A stretch of DNA of 24,527 bases from a virus (IMGVR_UViG_2537562172_000002:1-24527), one strand, 5' to 3'; shown: positions 1 through 9,920, counted from the stretch's first letter. Translations and numbers: made by a program. The notes: generated by a model not told the origin, from the sequence alone.

Positions 1-1254
1 ATGCTGGAACAAATGGGCATTGCCGCGAAGCAAGCCTCGTATAAATTAGCGCAACTCTCCAGCCGCGAAAAAAATCGCGTGCTGGAAAAAATCGCCGATG
101 AACTGGAAGCACAAAGCGAAATCATCCTCAACGCTAACGCCCAGGATGTTGCTGACGCGCGAGCCAATGGCCTTAGCGAAGCGATGCTTGACCGTCTGGC
201 ACTGACGCCCGCACGGCTGAAAGGCATTGCCGACGATGTACGTCAGGTGTGCAACCTCGCCGATCCGGTGGGGCAGGTAATCGATGGCGGCGTACTGGAC
301 AGCGGCCTGCGTCTTGAGCGTCGTCGCGTACCGCTGGGGGTTATTGGCGTGATTTATGAAGCGCGCCCGAACGTGACGGTTGATGTCGCTTCGCTGTGCC
401 TGAAAACCGGTAATGCGGTGATCCTGCGCGGTGGCAAAGAAACGTGTCGCACTAACGCTGCAACGGTGGCGGTGATTCAGGACGCCCTGAAATCCTGCGG
501 CTTACCGGCGGGTGCCGTGCAGGCGATTGATAATCCTGACCGTGCGCTGGTCAGTGAAATGCTGCGTATGGATAAATACATCGACATGCTGATCCCGCGT
601 GGTGGCGCTGGTTTGCATAAACTGTGCCGTGAACAGTCGACAATCCCGGTGATCACAGGTGGTATAGGCGTATGCCATATTTACGTTGATGAAAGTGTAG
701 AGATCGCTGAAGCATTAAAAGTGATCGTCAACGCGAAAACTCAGCGTCCGAGCACATGTAATACGGTTGAAACGTTGCTGGTGAATAAAAACATCGCCGA
801 TAGCTTCCTGCCCGCATTAAGCAAACAAATGGCGGAAAGCGGCGTGACATTACACGCAGATGCAGCTGCACTGGCGCAGTTGCAGGCAGGCCCTGCGAAG
901 GTGGTTGCTGTTAAAGCCGAAGAGTATGACGATGAGTTTCTGTCATTAGATTTGAACGTCAAAATCGTCAGCGATCTTGACGATGCCATCGCCCATATTC
1001 GTGAACACGGCACACAACACTCCGATGCGATCCTGACCCGCGATATGCGCAACGCCCAGCGTTTTGTTAACGAAGTGGATTCGTCCGCTGTTTACGTTAA
1101 CGCCTCTACGCGTTTTACCGACGGCGGCCAGTTTGGTCTGGGTGCGGAAGTGGCGGTAAGCACACAAAAACTCCACGCGCGTGGCCCAATGGGGCTGGAA
1201 GCACTGACCACTTACAAGTGGATCGGCATTGGTGATTACACCATTCGTGCGTAA
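1..1254 (+). CDS. proA: Gamma-glutamyl phosphate reductase (glutamate-5-semialdehyde dehydrogenase), complete 417 aa
   Basis: Full-length ORF starting at window base 1; translation matches enterobacterial ProA as I recall it ([20 protein letters not shown]... ending ...GIGDYTIRA). Confidence 0.95.
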
Positions 1255-1368
1255 ATAAAACCGGGTGATGCAAAAGTAGCCATTTGATTCACAAGGCCAT
1301 TGACGCATCGCCCGGTTAGTTTTAACCTTGTCCACCGTGATTCACGTTCGTGAACATGTCCTTTCAGG

Positions 1369-1444
<76 letters not shown>

Positions 1445-1458
1445 TTTAAATCAACAAG

Positions 1459-2622
1459 TTACACATCATTAGTACCTTCCTTATTTCTTGACTGGGACAA
1501 ATTTGGGACCGATGGGTTCAGAATTGAGTCTATTTGCCGTGCGTGTTCGGTAAGGTGATTAGGTGCGAGGTGAGCATATCGACGAACCATTTCGATAGAC
1601 TCCCAGCCTCCCATTTCCTGTAACACTGACAACGGGACTCCGGCTTGAACCAGCCAACTTGCCCAGGTGTGTCTCAAGTCGTGAAATCTGAAATCATCAA
1701 TACCTGCTCGTCTCAGCGCCGCTTTCCAGGCTGTGTTTGCGTCATACCGCATCTTCCTGACTGTTGGTGCTTTCGTTCCGTCTGGTTTGGTACAGCTTTC
1801 CTTATACACAAATACCCAACGGTGATGATTCCCGATTTGTTTTTTCAATACGCGACATGCAGTATCATTCAGCGCAACGCCAATTGCACGGTTTGATTTA
1901 CTCTCTTCCGGGTTTATCCATGCCACCCGGCGCTGCATGTCTATTTGTTGCCATTCAAGGTTGATGATGTTCGAGCGTCTTAAGCCTGTTGCAAGTGCAA
2001 ATTCAACAACAGACTTTAATGGCTCCGGACATTCATCAATCAGCCTTTGTGCTTCATGAGGCTCCAGCCAGCGGATCCGTTTATTCTTTGGTTGAGGCAC
2101 TTTAATAATTGGTGCCTTATCCAGCATTTTCCATTCACGCTCTGCAGCTCTTAGCAGGGCCTTTATAAATGAAAGATGCGTTGCCTTCGTTGCAACGGAC
2201 GCTGGTTTTGGCGTGTATTCTGGAACTGGTTTCCCTTTTTTTCTGCATGCTTCTGCCCTGAGTTTCCAGTTTTCCTCATGACGCCGGTTCGTCATTTTCT
2301 GCATTGCTGAATAAATTTTTGATTCAGTAATGTCTCTTAGTTGCATTCCTGCGAAATGTTGAAGCCAGAATCCGATCCGGCTTTTGTCATCGTCCAGTGA
2401 TTTTTTATGTGCTTTCTCTTCGAGCCACCTGATACACGCCTCCTCGAACGTCATATCAGGTATTTCACCAAGTTTGCTGACCCGCCATGCTTCAGCCTTT
2501 AGCTTGTCATGGAGCTCTGTCGCCTGCCTTTTGTCCTTTGTTCCAAGAGACTGTTTAAATCTTTTACCGTTCGGCAATGTGAAACTGGCGTACCATATTT
2601 CACCTCTGCGGAAGAGTGACAT
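1459..2622 (-). CDS. int: Tyrosine-type site-specific integrase, 387 aa
   Basis: C-terminal catalytic signature [11 protein letters not shown] ... VRRYAHL typical of tyrosine recombinases; RBS agagga upstream of the ATG; adjacent to tRNA. Confidence 0.9.
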   Translation of the reverse strand: MSLFRRGEIWYASFTLPNGKRFKQSLGTKDKRQATELHDKLKAEAWRVSKLGEIPDMTFEEACIRWLEEKAHKKSLDDDKSRIGFWLQHFAGMQLRDITESKIYSAMQKMTNRRHEENWKLRAEACRKKGKPVPEYTPKPASVATKATHLSFIKALLRAAEREWKMLDKAPIIKVPQPKNKRIRWLEPHEAQRLIDECPEPLKSVVEFALATGLRRSNIINLEWQQIDMQRRVAWINPEESKSNRAIGVALNDTACRVLKKQIGNHHRWVFVYKESCTKPDGTKAPTVRKMRYDANTAWKAALRRAGIDDFRFHDLRHTWASWLVQAGVPLSVLQEMGGWESIEMVRRYAHLAPNHLTEHARQIDSILNPSVPNLSQSRNKEGTNDV

Positions 2623-2849
2623 TTTCTTTCCTCTGTTATGCCATCACCCGCGCTCACCTGGACAGTATGCAGCGGAGACTGAAGCGCCGCAATGCAGGCT
2701 TGTCGTGTTGTGAGGTAAGGAGATTTATTCTTAGTGGGATCTTTGCGTGTTGCCTGAAGACGCCCTGTGCGTATCCAGTTAATGGCAGTCGGTCTGGATA
2801 TCTTGAGAAAATGACAGGCCTCATCGAGTGTGAGGCTGTATGGCTCCAT
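2499..2849 (-). CDS. xis: Excisionase / AlpA-like HTH protein
   Basis: Start taken at the internal Met ([32 protein letters not shown]), which has an HTH and an RBS gaggtg. The open frame overlaps the int 5' end by about 124 bp, so the true 3' end is uncertain. Confidence 0.6.
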   Translation of the reverse strand: MEPYSLTLDEACHFLKISRPTAINWIRTGRLQATRKDPTKNKSPYLTTRQACIAALQSPLHTVQVSAGDGITEERKCHSSAEVKYGTPVSHCRTVKDLNSLLEQRTKGRRQSSMTS

Positions 2850-3154
2850 TATTTCACCTCTTGCTGTGACATTGTTGAAAAATGGATACCAGCTCGTTGC
2901 TGCCAGACGATCCAACCGAGAGTCATATCCCATGCCATGTATTCGTTATCGCCGTTTTTTGCTCTCCGACGATCTACTAAGTCACCGAAACGCTTTTCCA
3001 TGAATAATTCATAGGCTTCGCGTTCATCTGGCTCTACTTCCAGAGATACGAGTGCGATTTCATAAGCACGGCGCTCAATATCGTCTCGAACCTCTAGGCT
3101 GCTGATTCGTTCTTTGATTTCTTTAATCAGTTCTTTATTGGTAAATGTGGTCAT
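2849..3154 (-). CDS. Hypothetical prophage early protein, 101 aa (YfdT-like by size and position)
   Basis: RBS ggagg before the ATG; stop/start overlap (TAATG) with flanking genes indicates translational coupling in the leftward operon. Confidence 0.6.
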   Translation of the reverse strand: MTTFTNKELIKEIKERISSLEVRDDIERRAYEIALVSLEVEPDEREAYELFMEKRFGDLVDRRRAKNGDNEYMAWDMTLGWIVWQQRAGIHFSTMSQQEVK

Positions 3155-3516
3155 TATGCTCCAGCCTCCGGTGCTTTTGGCATTACTGCCCAGTGAGTGA
3201 TATTGACGTTTTCAAGGTCCCCGACCTGAAATGTCCACTGCCATTCTCCGGTTTCTTTTTGTCCCCAGGTGTACCAGAGAGAACGCCAGCCAATCAGCCA
3301 GCCTTCTCCGTTAGCATCAAATAACAGAACACTTTCATTTGCTGGTGGCAGTTCAGCTGACACTGGTATTATTTTGTTTTCCAGTGCCGCACATTTAGCT
3401 TCAAGCGCGTCGAATTTACGTAACAGGTACTCAGCATTTGTTTCATTCACTTTCAGATCTCGCGGTACACATTTCCCGCGAAGAAACCCTTCCATTTCGA
3501 AAACATTCATGCGCAT
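3154..3516 (-). CDS. Hypothetical prophage early protein, 120 aa, Trp-rich C-terminus (YfdS-like by size and position)
   Basis: ORF with RBS cggag; overlaps neighbours by a few bases in the same operon. Confidence 0.6.
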   Translation of the reverse strand: MRMNVFEMEGFLRGKCVPRDLKVNETNAEYLLRKFDALEAKCAALENKIIPVSAELPPANESVLLFDANGEGWLIGWRSLWYTWGQKETGEWQWTFQVGDLENVNITHWAVMPKAPEAGA

Positions 3517-4043
3517 TTGCGTAACTCCGATAAATCGTTAAAACGTTCCATAAACATCCCGTAGGCATGACCCGGTGCCAGTGGAATCACGTTGAACATC
3601 TCTGTTGCCGGGATGCCTTCCAGTACAGGCCAGAAAGAGCCATCATCAAGCCCGAGATCGCGGCGTTCGGTTGCCAGCATGATGAGATCGGCATATTTCA
3701 CGGGTGTACTCATAACTGGGGGTAACCCGTATTTCTCACGGATTACGGCGTCTATTTTTTCTTCCATCCGTTTATAGTCAGGAAGAAGGCGTTTCAGTGG
3801 TGCGGGAATGTCCTGGCAATACGCTTCTGTTGCATCATGCATTAACGCTTCAAAAGCAAATTCCTGCGGCACCAGCTGGCTGCAAAGAACCGCATGTTGG
3901 GCGACGCTGTAGAAGTGCGAAAGATGACCGGCAAAGCGACAGATATTTGAAAGGGAAACCGCGATATCGTTAATATCGATGTCGTCTTTATTTATCTTGT
4001 CATAATAAAAATGCTTCCCGGAAAAAGTTTTAATAAATGACAT
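3507..4043 (-). CDS. HD-domain phosphohydrolase (YfdR-like 5'-deoxynucleotidase family)
   Basis: Start at the internal Met MSFIKTFSGKHFYYD with RBS ggagaa; conserved H...HD motif (HAVLCSQ ... LMHDATEAY). Confidence 0.8.
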   Translation of the reverse strand: MSFIKTFSGKHFYYDKINKDDIDINDIAVSLSNICRFAGHLSHFYSVAQHAVLCSQLVPQEFAFEALMHDATEAYCQDIPAPLKRLLPDYKRMEEKIDAVIREKYGLPPVMSTPVKYADLIMLATERRDLGLDDGSFWPVLEGIPATEMFNVIPLAPGHAYGMFMERFNDLSELRKCA

Positions 4044-4170
4044 TTTGTTCTCCACGTATATGCACTGCACCGCGCTGAATTCTGGTAAAAGGAAGCCCTC
4101 ACCATCCGGTGATTATTGAGTTAATTACGTTTCCATAAATGCCCCCGCAGGGGCATTTGCAGTAATGAAA

Positions 4171-4995
4171 TCAGGCGGTGAAAGTACCAATAAAGGTTTC
4201 TACTTTGCTGTCTTTGAATTTCTCAACAAGCAGATCACGAAATTCGTTAGCCATTTCTTCCTGCACCGCTTCCAGCTGAATAATGCGCAGAACCAGTACA
4301 GGACGATCGCCAGTGATAATGCTGAGGCGTAATTTAAACGGACGTTCTTTCAGACCTTCAAACGGAACGCATTTAAATTCAAATGCCACTGGCATAATGT
4401 CTTTGGTCTTCGCTTCGACAGACTCCATCAGGGAGCGTTTGCCGCTGAAGTCATTATCTTCAAAATCAGCGGTCTGGTTTGCTTCAATCGTGATTTTACG
4501 GACTGCCGCAGCCGCTTTTGTTGCTTGAATGGCGTCACCATTAGCATCAAAGCCCACAAGGTAGTCGGCCCAGTCTTCGATCCATTCTGCCAGTGACTTC
4601 TGGGAGTTACGCTCGCCGTTAACAGACAACAGAGCAGAGAACGGTGCTGTCTTTTTCAGTTTGAGAGTGGCAGTGTTATCTGCGTGACCTGGTTCATCAA
4701 TAGTACCCAGGTTAAGCACACTGACGGCTCGCATATTATCGGCATCGATAAAGCAGCGGGTGCCTTCATCTGCAAGATCTTTAGAATAACGGGTAAAGTC
4801 ATCGATGCTGGCAGTGGAAAGCGCACCACGGAAACGGAAGCGATTTAAATTAAATTTTTCCAGATCATGAATGCGGAAATTCTCAGGCAATGCCACAGCA
4901 TCGGCACCAATCTTACTGATAATTTCATTAACACCCTGAGCAGAAATAAGGGCATGGATTTGATTAATTGCGGTTGCGTCTAAGTTCTGAGACAT
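4171..4995 (-). CDS. YfdQ-like prophage protein (DUF2303-type), 274 aa
   Basis: Long ORF with RBS gagga; sequence and size recall E. coli CPS-53 YfdQ; same operon order as yfdP-yfdQ-yfdR-yfdS-yfdT. Confidence 0.75.
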   Translation of the reverse strand: MSQNLDATAINQIHALISAQGVNEIISKIGADAVALPENFRIHDLEKFNLNRFRFRGALSTASIDDFTRYSKDLADEGTRCFIDADNMRAVSVLNLGTIDEPGHADNTATLKLKKTAPFSALLSVNGERNSQKSLAEWIEDWADYLVGFDANGDAIQATKAAAAVRKITIEANQTADFEDNDFSGKRSLMESVEAKTKDIMPVAFEFKCVPFEGLKERPFKLRLSIITGDRPVLVLRIIQLEAVQEEMANEFRDLLVEKFKDSKVETFIGTFTA

Positions 4996-5060
4996 AATAA
5001 GTCCTCACTATATAAAAATATTCAGTGATGAGAGAAATAATCAGTTTATTAAAAACGATA

Positions 5061-5423
5061 TTAATGACCTGCTGCGCGGAGTTTTCCGTCAGGTTCACCG
5101 GCAAGAGTCAGTAATTGTCCCTGGTCTTCCTGCAGAATAGTCAGGCGACCACCGCGATTGACATACATCGGCGTTTCGGTGGTGTCTTCTTCGGAAATTT
5201 TCCCGCGGTTAGTTGGGCGAACATATGAGAGTTTGTGTTTGATTTTCACACGGTTCTCATCAAACGGTTCGATTTCCAGATTGAGTGAGACCTTCCCTTT
5301 GGTTTTCGTGTTCATCACACCGGAAGCGACCTCACTGAGAACTGCGCCGATTTTGGTTTCAAATACGCCGCCGTCCAGCTCCCCGATAAATGCCTGCACA
5401 TCAGTACTGCGTTCGCTAGCCAT
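5061..5423 (-). CDS. Hypothetical prophage early protein, 120 aa (YfdP-like)
   Basis: Start chosen at MASERSTDVQ, preceded by gaggag RBS; the longer upstream extension in the ORF track has no RBS. Confidence 0.65.
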   Translation of the reverse strand: MASERSTDVQAFIGELDGGVFETKIGAVLSEVASGVMNTKTKGKVSLNLEIEPFDENRVKIKHKLSYVRPTNRGKISEEDTTETPMYVNRGGRLTILQEDQGQLLTLAGEPDGKLRAAGH

Positions 5424-5833
5424 TTTGCTGCTCCTCATCATATCGACCCTGCAAGGTCGGTTGGTTTCTCCACAAAACAGAGAAGAACACCTGCGGTGGC
5501 AGCCGCCCGGATGGATTGGGTTATGAGCCCGTCGTCCGGTGATGCTCTTCTCTGTTTTGCAAAAAAGGACGGTACCAGCCGGAAGCAAGGGTACAAACTG
5601 GTACCGCCAGGACTACACACAGCATAAAGTTGTGGTGCCGGGTGCCTCCCGGTGCCTGGCGAAGGTTGCACACCAGGCGGGTGGGTATCCACAGAAGGTC
5701 GACTGTCAGCCTCAACCTTAACCCGCGTGCGCTGAGCCGCATTCACCACAACGCTAAGGATTCTCTCTGGTTGAAAATACTTAGCTGTTATGTGCCTGCT
5801 TTTAGCCACATCAGGCGAGGTGGACCTGGTTAT

Positions 5834-5879
5834 TCCCCAACAACAAGGATTCGGTTAATCTGGATATCCCCAACAACAA
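5834..5879. repeat. Two copies of the 13-bp direct repeat TCCCCAACAACAA (5834-5846 and 5867-5879), 33 bp apart
   Basis: Exact repeat seen in the sequence, immediately upstream of the plus-strand gene starting near 5894. Confidence 0.7.
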
Positions 5880-5893
5880 TAAGAGTATTCAAT

Positions 5894-6409
5894 GTGATCG
5901 CTGAATTAACGGCAGCAATGACGGCTATTCGTGAAACAGCCCAGATTGCAAAACTAATGAACGAGGCAAAAACTCAAGCTGAAGTAAATGCGGCTATTGG
6001 TGAGCTGAACTCAAAGCTTGCGTCTATTCAGCGCGAATGCGTGTCTCTCGTTGAACTGGTGGGCTCTTATCAAGAAATAAATGCTTCTCTCAAAGCTAAA
6101 ATTGCAGAATTCGAAAACTTTGAGGCTCAGACGGAAGGCTATATCCTTAACCAACTTGAGTCGGGTACTTTTGTATACTCGAAGGAGGTAATCGTGAACG
6201 GTGGCAGCATAACCATGCATCTTTGCCCAAAATGTTTTGGACAAAAGATAGTATCGATACTTCAACCATTCCCGGTTAGCGAAGATGAGCTTTTTCATAA
6301 AAGCAGGTGCCTCCACTGTGAAAATAAGTTTCTGATGAATAAAAATCCGGATTACGTATCGCCTCCATCCATTGAGGAGTTGTCCAGAAAACTTAACGGC
6401 AATCTGTAG
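5894..6409 (+). CDS. Coiled-coil / zinc-ribbon protein of unknown function (alternative start 5918)
   Basis: N-terminal Ala/Lys/Glu-rich helical region, then CPKC ... CLHC motif pairs; opposite orientation to the surrounding leftward operon; followed by its own terminator. Confidence 0.6.
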   Translation: MIAELTAAMTAIRETAQIAKLMNEAKTQAEVNAAIGELNSKLASIQRECVSLVELVGSYQEINASLKAKIAEFENFEAQTEGYILNQLESGTFVYSKEVIVNGGSITMHLCPKCFGQKIVSILQPFPVSEDELFHKSRCLHCENKFLMNKNPDYVSPPSIEELSRKLNGNL

Positions 6410-6447
6410 ATTACTACTGTTGTGGATATCCAGATTGCTAAAGAGCT

Positions 6448-6472
6448 AAGCGTCCTGTAGGGCGCTTTTTTG
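6448..6472 (+). terminator. Rho-independent terminator for the 5894-6409 gene
   Basis: Hairpin aagcgtcc-tgta-gggcgctt followed by a T-run. Confidence 0.6.
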
Positions 6473-6637
6473 TTGCTAACGAATCATCCTGGACTTCATA
6501 TGCCCCAGGCGGCTACTTCGTGGGCGTCCTGCCTGTTCGTTTTTGACATTTACTGACTGCTTACGACACATGCACCGTGTTGCAACCAGATTTTGTTGTA
6601 ATCCTGTAGTTGGTCTGGAACAAAAGATAAAATTAAA

Positions 6638-6674
6638 TTGCGAGATATGCAAGTGATATTTGCGAGGTATGCAA
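6638..6674. promoter_or_regulatory. Putative left operator: two 15-bp sites TTGCGAGATATGCAA and TTGCGAGGTATGCAA, 22 bp centre to centre
   Basis: Near-identical pseudo-palindromic sites (TTGC...GCAA) matching the site TTGCGTGATAAGCAA upstream of cro. Confidence 0.55.
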
Positions 6675-6687
6675 ATTTATAGGTAGT

Positions 6688-6708
6688 AAAAAGCCACCTT
6701 TCGGTGGC
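6688..6708 (-). terminator. Rho-independent terminator downstream of cI (minus strand)
   Basis: Hairpin gccacc-tttc-ggtggc with an adjacent A-run on the plus strand (U-run on the minus transcript). Confidence 0.55.
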
Positions 6709-6728
6709 CGATGGATGGGATATTGAGG

Positions 6729-7421
6729 TTAATTATGTCTCTTAAGGGTTTGCGACTGACTGATTAAGACCTTTCCAAAGACCATGAATCGGTGTTCGTT
6801 TTCGCTAGTAATTCCCCATTCACGGTAAATCTGGTTATCAGAAATCACCAGCAGTTTGTCAGGAATCATTTGAAGTCTTTTAACGTATATTTTGTCATCA
6901 AAACCAAAGACATATATACCATCACCATCAAACTGATTGATGCTGACATCAACGAAGATGAGATCTCCTGGCTCAATGGTTGGACACATACTGTCCCCAC
7001 GAACGTTGATAACTTTGATGTGATTGGCTGGTCGTCCGCCGAACATTGATACAGCATTATCAGTTCTGTATTCGATGGCATGAATCACATCAATGACATC
7101 ACCGCCCTGGATAAGGCCATTTCCCGCACTGGCACTGATATCCAGCATTTCAATACGGAACACATCCTTCACCTGCGCAACATCCTCATTATTACTGTTT
7201 TTATATACAGTATTACTTTTGTGGGCAGAGGTAAAGAGATCAGCAATATCAACACCTAAGCTCTTGGCAATATTACTCAGTGTTTGTTCGGTAAATTGTT
7301 TTTGCTTACCCGTTTCTAAGCGCGAGATGTTCGCCGCATCTACTCCTATTGCTTCAGCGAGATCGGCGATTTTCATGTTCTTCGCTTGGCGAAGTTGTCT
7401 GACTCGGTTTCCTATGTTCAT
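6729..7421 (-). CDS. cI: CI-like phage repressor: N-terminal HTH (XRE) plus C-terminal S24/LexA-like peptidase domain
   Basis: HTH MKIADLAEAIGVDAANISRLETG; S24 signature VRGDSMCPTIEPGDLIFVD; divergent from a cro-like gene. Confidence 0.9.
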   Translation of the reverse strand: MNIGNRVRQLRQAKNMKIADLAEAIGVDAANISRLETGKQKQFTEQTLSNIAKSLGVDIADLFTSAHKSNTVYKNSNNEDVAQVKDVFRIEMLDISASAGNGLIQGGDVIDVIHAIEYRTDNAVSMFGGRPANHIKVINVRGDSMCPTIEPGDLIFVDVSINQFDGDGIYVFGFDDKIYVKRLQMIPDKLLVISDNQIYREWGITSENEHRFMVFGKVLISQSQTLKRHN

Positions 7422-7518
7422 GCGTTTATTACATTTCTTTATTGCGTGATAAGCAAATCAACTTGCGCAAAATAATTGCGTGAAATAACATGCATAACGC
7501 GCAATATTTGGAGGGCAT
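7422..7518. promoter_or_regulatory. Right operator / divergent promoter region between cI and cro
   Basis: Operator-like site TTGCGTGATAAGCAA (7442-7456), self-complementary TTGCGCAA (7463-7470), further TTGCG/CGCAA half-sites; candidate -35 TTGCGC and -10 TAACAT; RBS ggaggg before cro. Confidence 0.6.
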
Positions 7519-7779
7519 ATGCAATCACCATTACGAAATGTGCGTAAGGCGCATGGTTTCACTTTGCAGCATGTTGCTGCGGGTGTTCAAGTCAATCCAG
7601 CGACGTTGAGTCGTATTGAGAGGCTGGAGCAGATTCCATCTATCGAGCTTGCAGAACGTTTAGCCAATTTTTTTAAGGGTGAAGTCAGCGAAATGCAGAT
7701 TCTTTATCCGGCACGTTTTCAATCTAGCCAAAACCAGAATGGGTTTAAACCACAGGAACAGGAGGTGAACCGTGGGTAA
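7519..7779 (+). CDS. cro: Cro-like HTH regulator, 86 aa
   Basis: HTH GFTLQHVAAGVQVNPATLSRIERLEQIPS; divergent from cI with intervening operators. Confidence 0.8.
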   Translation: MQSPLRNVRKAHGFTLQHVAAGVQVNPATLSRIERLEQIPSIELAERLANFFKGEVSEMQILYPARFQSSQNQNGFKPQEQEVNRG

Positions 7780-8329
7780 GCATCACTGGAAAGTAGAAAA
7801 ACAGCCTGAGTGGTACGTGAAAGCTGTCAGAAAAACTATCGCAGCGTTGCCGGGGGGTTACGCTGAAGCAGCTGACTGGCTGGATGTAACAGAGAACGCA
7901 TTATTTAACCGCCTTCGTGCCGATGGCGATCAGATTTTCCCGCTGGGATGGGCAATGATTTTGCAACGTGCTGGTGGAACTCACTTCATTGCTGACGCTG
8001 TGGCGCAGTCTGCAAATGGCGTCTTTGTGTCTCTTCCTGACGTCGAGGATGTGGACAACGCCGATATTAACCAGCGTCTGCTGGAAGTCATTGAACAGAT
8101 CGGCAGTTATTCAAAACAGATTCGTTCAGCAATCGAAGACGGTGTAGTGGAACCGCATGAGAAGACAGCAATTAACGACGAGCTGTATCTCTCAATTTCG
8201 AAGCTGCAGGAGCATGCAGCACTTGTCTACAAAATTTTTTGCATTTCAGAAAGTAATGACGCCCGCGAGTGTGCAGCTCCGGGCGTCGTGGCGTCGATTG
8301 CTTCTGGTTGTGGAGAAACTAACGCATGA
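7772..8329 (+). CDS. Putative CII-like phage regulatory protein, 185 aa (family assignment tentative)
   Basis: GTG start preceded by caggagg RBS; position directly after cro; sequence recalls CP76/CII-type regulators, not verified. Confidence 0.55.
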   Translation: MGKHHWKVEKQPEWYVKAVRKTIAALPGGYAEAADWLDVTENALFNRLRADGDQIFPLGWAMILQRAGGTHFIADAVAQSANGVFVSLPDVEDVDNADINQRLLEVIEQIGSYSKQIRSAIEDGVVEPHEKTAINDELYLSISKLQEHAALVYKIFCISESNDARECAAPGVVASIASGCGETNA

Positions 8330-8664
8330 ACAGTTTAACAACACACTACCGTCGCTCGCAACTGATTGCGCTTCCTGTACCGGGTGGAAAAGCGAAGGTG
8401 GAGTATTGCTATGCAGTAAATGTACCAGGTGACAGGGAAATTGTAACCCACAGCTTTGCAGAGTGGGCTGTGGGTGATTTCAACCGGCAGAAGGAGACAG
8501 TCCTTTGCGACAAGTTAACCGCTGGTTCAAAGATCACTACGGAGTGCCCGTCAGAGTCATTCGTTGGGAACCGGAAACACAATGGGTTATCTACCTCCGC
8601 GAAGGCTATGAGCATGAGTGCTTCAGCCCGCTCGAACAGTTTCGTCGTAAATTCAGGGAAATAG
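8326..8664 (+). CDS. Hypothetical protein, 112 aa; C-terminal third may be out of frame
   Basis: ATG overlaps the preceding stop (ATGA). The last ~50 codons overlap a better-looking ORF in another frame. Confidence 0.4.
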   Translation: MNSLTTHYRRSQLIALPVPGGKAKVEYCYAVNVPGDREIVTHSFAEWAVGDFNRQKETVLCDKLTAGSKITTECPSESFVGNRKHNGLSTSAKAMSMSASARSNSFVVNSGK

Positions 8665-8684
8665 AGGTCGGTCATGAGCACTAA
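8505..8684 (+). CDS. Small ORF (59 aa, TTG start), possibly the displaced C-terminus of the upstream gene
   Basis: aaggaga RBS 7 nt upstream of TTG; translation [59 protein letters not shown] is protein-like with typical E. coli codons. Confidence 0.4.
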   Translation: MRQVNRWFKDHYGVPVRVIRWEPETQWVIYLREGYEHECFSPLEQFRRKFREIEVGHEH

Positions 8685-9090
8685 ATTAACCGGCTATGTA
8701 TGGGATGGTTGCGCTGCATCAGGCATGAAGTTATCCAGCGTGGCAATTATGGCCCGCCTGGCTGATTTCAGTAATGACGAAGGTGTGTGCTGGCCATCAA
8801 TTGAAACCATTGCCCGTCAGATTGGCGCGGGGATGAGTACCGTCAGAACGGCTATCGCACGGCTGGAAGCAGAAGGCTGGTTAACGCGTAAGGCGCGTCG
8901 CCAGGGTAACCGGATCCGCGATCTGGACAACTATAACAAGGCGCTGTTTGACGCCCTGACCCACGCGGGTGTGTGGGAAGACGACAGCCAGGTGAAAAGA
9001 ATGCTGGTGGAGTGGGGACCGGTTATCCCGGAAGGGAAGGTCGAGATCACTATCAGTAAGTACGAGAAAACGGCGGGTGCAGCCGCCTGA
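8674..9090 (+). CDS. HTH-domain protein resembling the N-terminal domain of phage replication-initiation proteins, 138 aa
   Basis: Winged-helix-like segment SIETIARQIGAGMSTVRTAIARLEAEGWL; position where lambdoid phages carry O/P. Confidence 0.65.
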   Translation: MSTKLTGYVWDGCAASGMKLSSVAIMARLADFSNDEGVCWPSIETIARQIGAGMSTVRTAIARLEAEGWLTRKARRQGNRIRDLDNYNKALFDALTHAGVWEDDSQVKRMLVEWGPVIPEGKVEITISKYEKTAGAAA

Positions 9091-9109
9091 TCAAGAGGAG
9101 AAACGAAGT

Positions 9110-9919
9110 ATGAATAATCTGATGGTCATTGATGGTATTGAAGTTCGTCGTGATGCTTATGGGCGTTACAGCCTGAACGATCTGCACAGGGCAGCCGGGG
9201 GAGAACAAAAAAACCGCCCGAAATACTGGCTCTCCAATAAGCAAACCTGTGAATTGATTGAACAACTTTTCACCGAGGGTGGAATTCCGCCTCTGGAACA
9301 AAATCAACCAGTTAGCGTCATTAATGGCGGAAATAACCAGGGGACGTATGTCTGCAAAGAACTGGTGTATGCCTATGCAATGTGGATCAGCCCGTCATTC
9401 CATCTGAAGGTGATCCGTACTTTCGATATGGTAACCAGCGCACCGGAAAAATTATCCGGGCAGGCTGCTGACAAGATGCAGGCTGGAGTGATTCTGCTGG
9501 ACTTTATGCGCAGGGAGTTAAACCTGTCTAACTCTTCAGTGCTTGGGGCCTGTCAGAAACTCCAGGAGGCTGTTGGCTTACCGAATCTGGCACCGCGCTA
9601 TGCCATTGATGCTCCTGCTGACGCGCCTGATGGCTCAAGTCGCCCGACACTGTCGCTGAGTGCACTGCTGAAACAGTATGGTATCCGCCTTACGGCTAAT
9701 CAGGCATATCACCAGATGGCGAAGCTGGGGATCGTCGAACAGCGCGAACGATACAGCCGTACAGCGATTAACAACATCAAAAAATTCTGGTCGCTGACGG
9801 CGAAAGGCTGCATGTTCGGCAAGAACATCACCAGTCCTGCAAATCCGCGCGAGACGCAGCCGCATTTCTTCGAATCCCGATTCCCTGAGCTGTTAAAGCT
9901 GCTCGATACCGTTCATTGA
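9110..9919 (+). CDS. KilA-N domain protein
   Basis: ATG with aagaggag RBS; N-terminus MNNLMVIDGIEVRRDAYGRYSLNDLHRAAG...KYWLSNKQTCELIEQ resembles the KilA-N fold consensus. Confidence 0.7.
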   Translation: MNNLMVIDGIEVRRDAYGRYSLNDLHRAAGGEQKNRPKYWLSNKQTCELIEQLFTEGGIPPLEQNQPVSVINGGNNQGTYVCKELVYAYAMWISPSFHLKVIRTFDMVTSAPEKLSGQAADKMQAGVILLDFMRRELNLSNSSVLGACQKLQEAVGLPNLAPRYAIDAPADAPDGSSRPTLSLSALLKQYGIRLTANQAYHQMAKLGIVEQRERYSRTAINNIKKFWSLTAKGCMFGKNITSPANPRETQPHFFESRFPELLKLLDTVH

Positions 9920-9920
9920 G

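Noticed and set aside
741-1335. Minus-strand ORFs inside and just past proA
   Set aside because: Antisense to a confidently identified, highly conserved gene; no start signals.
1645-3014. Plus-strand ORFs of 66-132 aa overlapping int and xis
   Set aside because: Antisense to the integrase/excisionase frames; Cys/Ser-rich translations with no RBS.
5438-5809. ORFs of 60-123 aa on both strands in the 5424-5893 gap
   Set aside because: Pro/Gly/Arg-rich translations typical of GC-rich non-coding DNA; no RBS; mutually overlapping.
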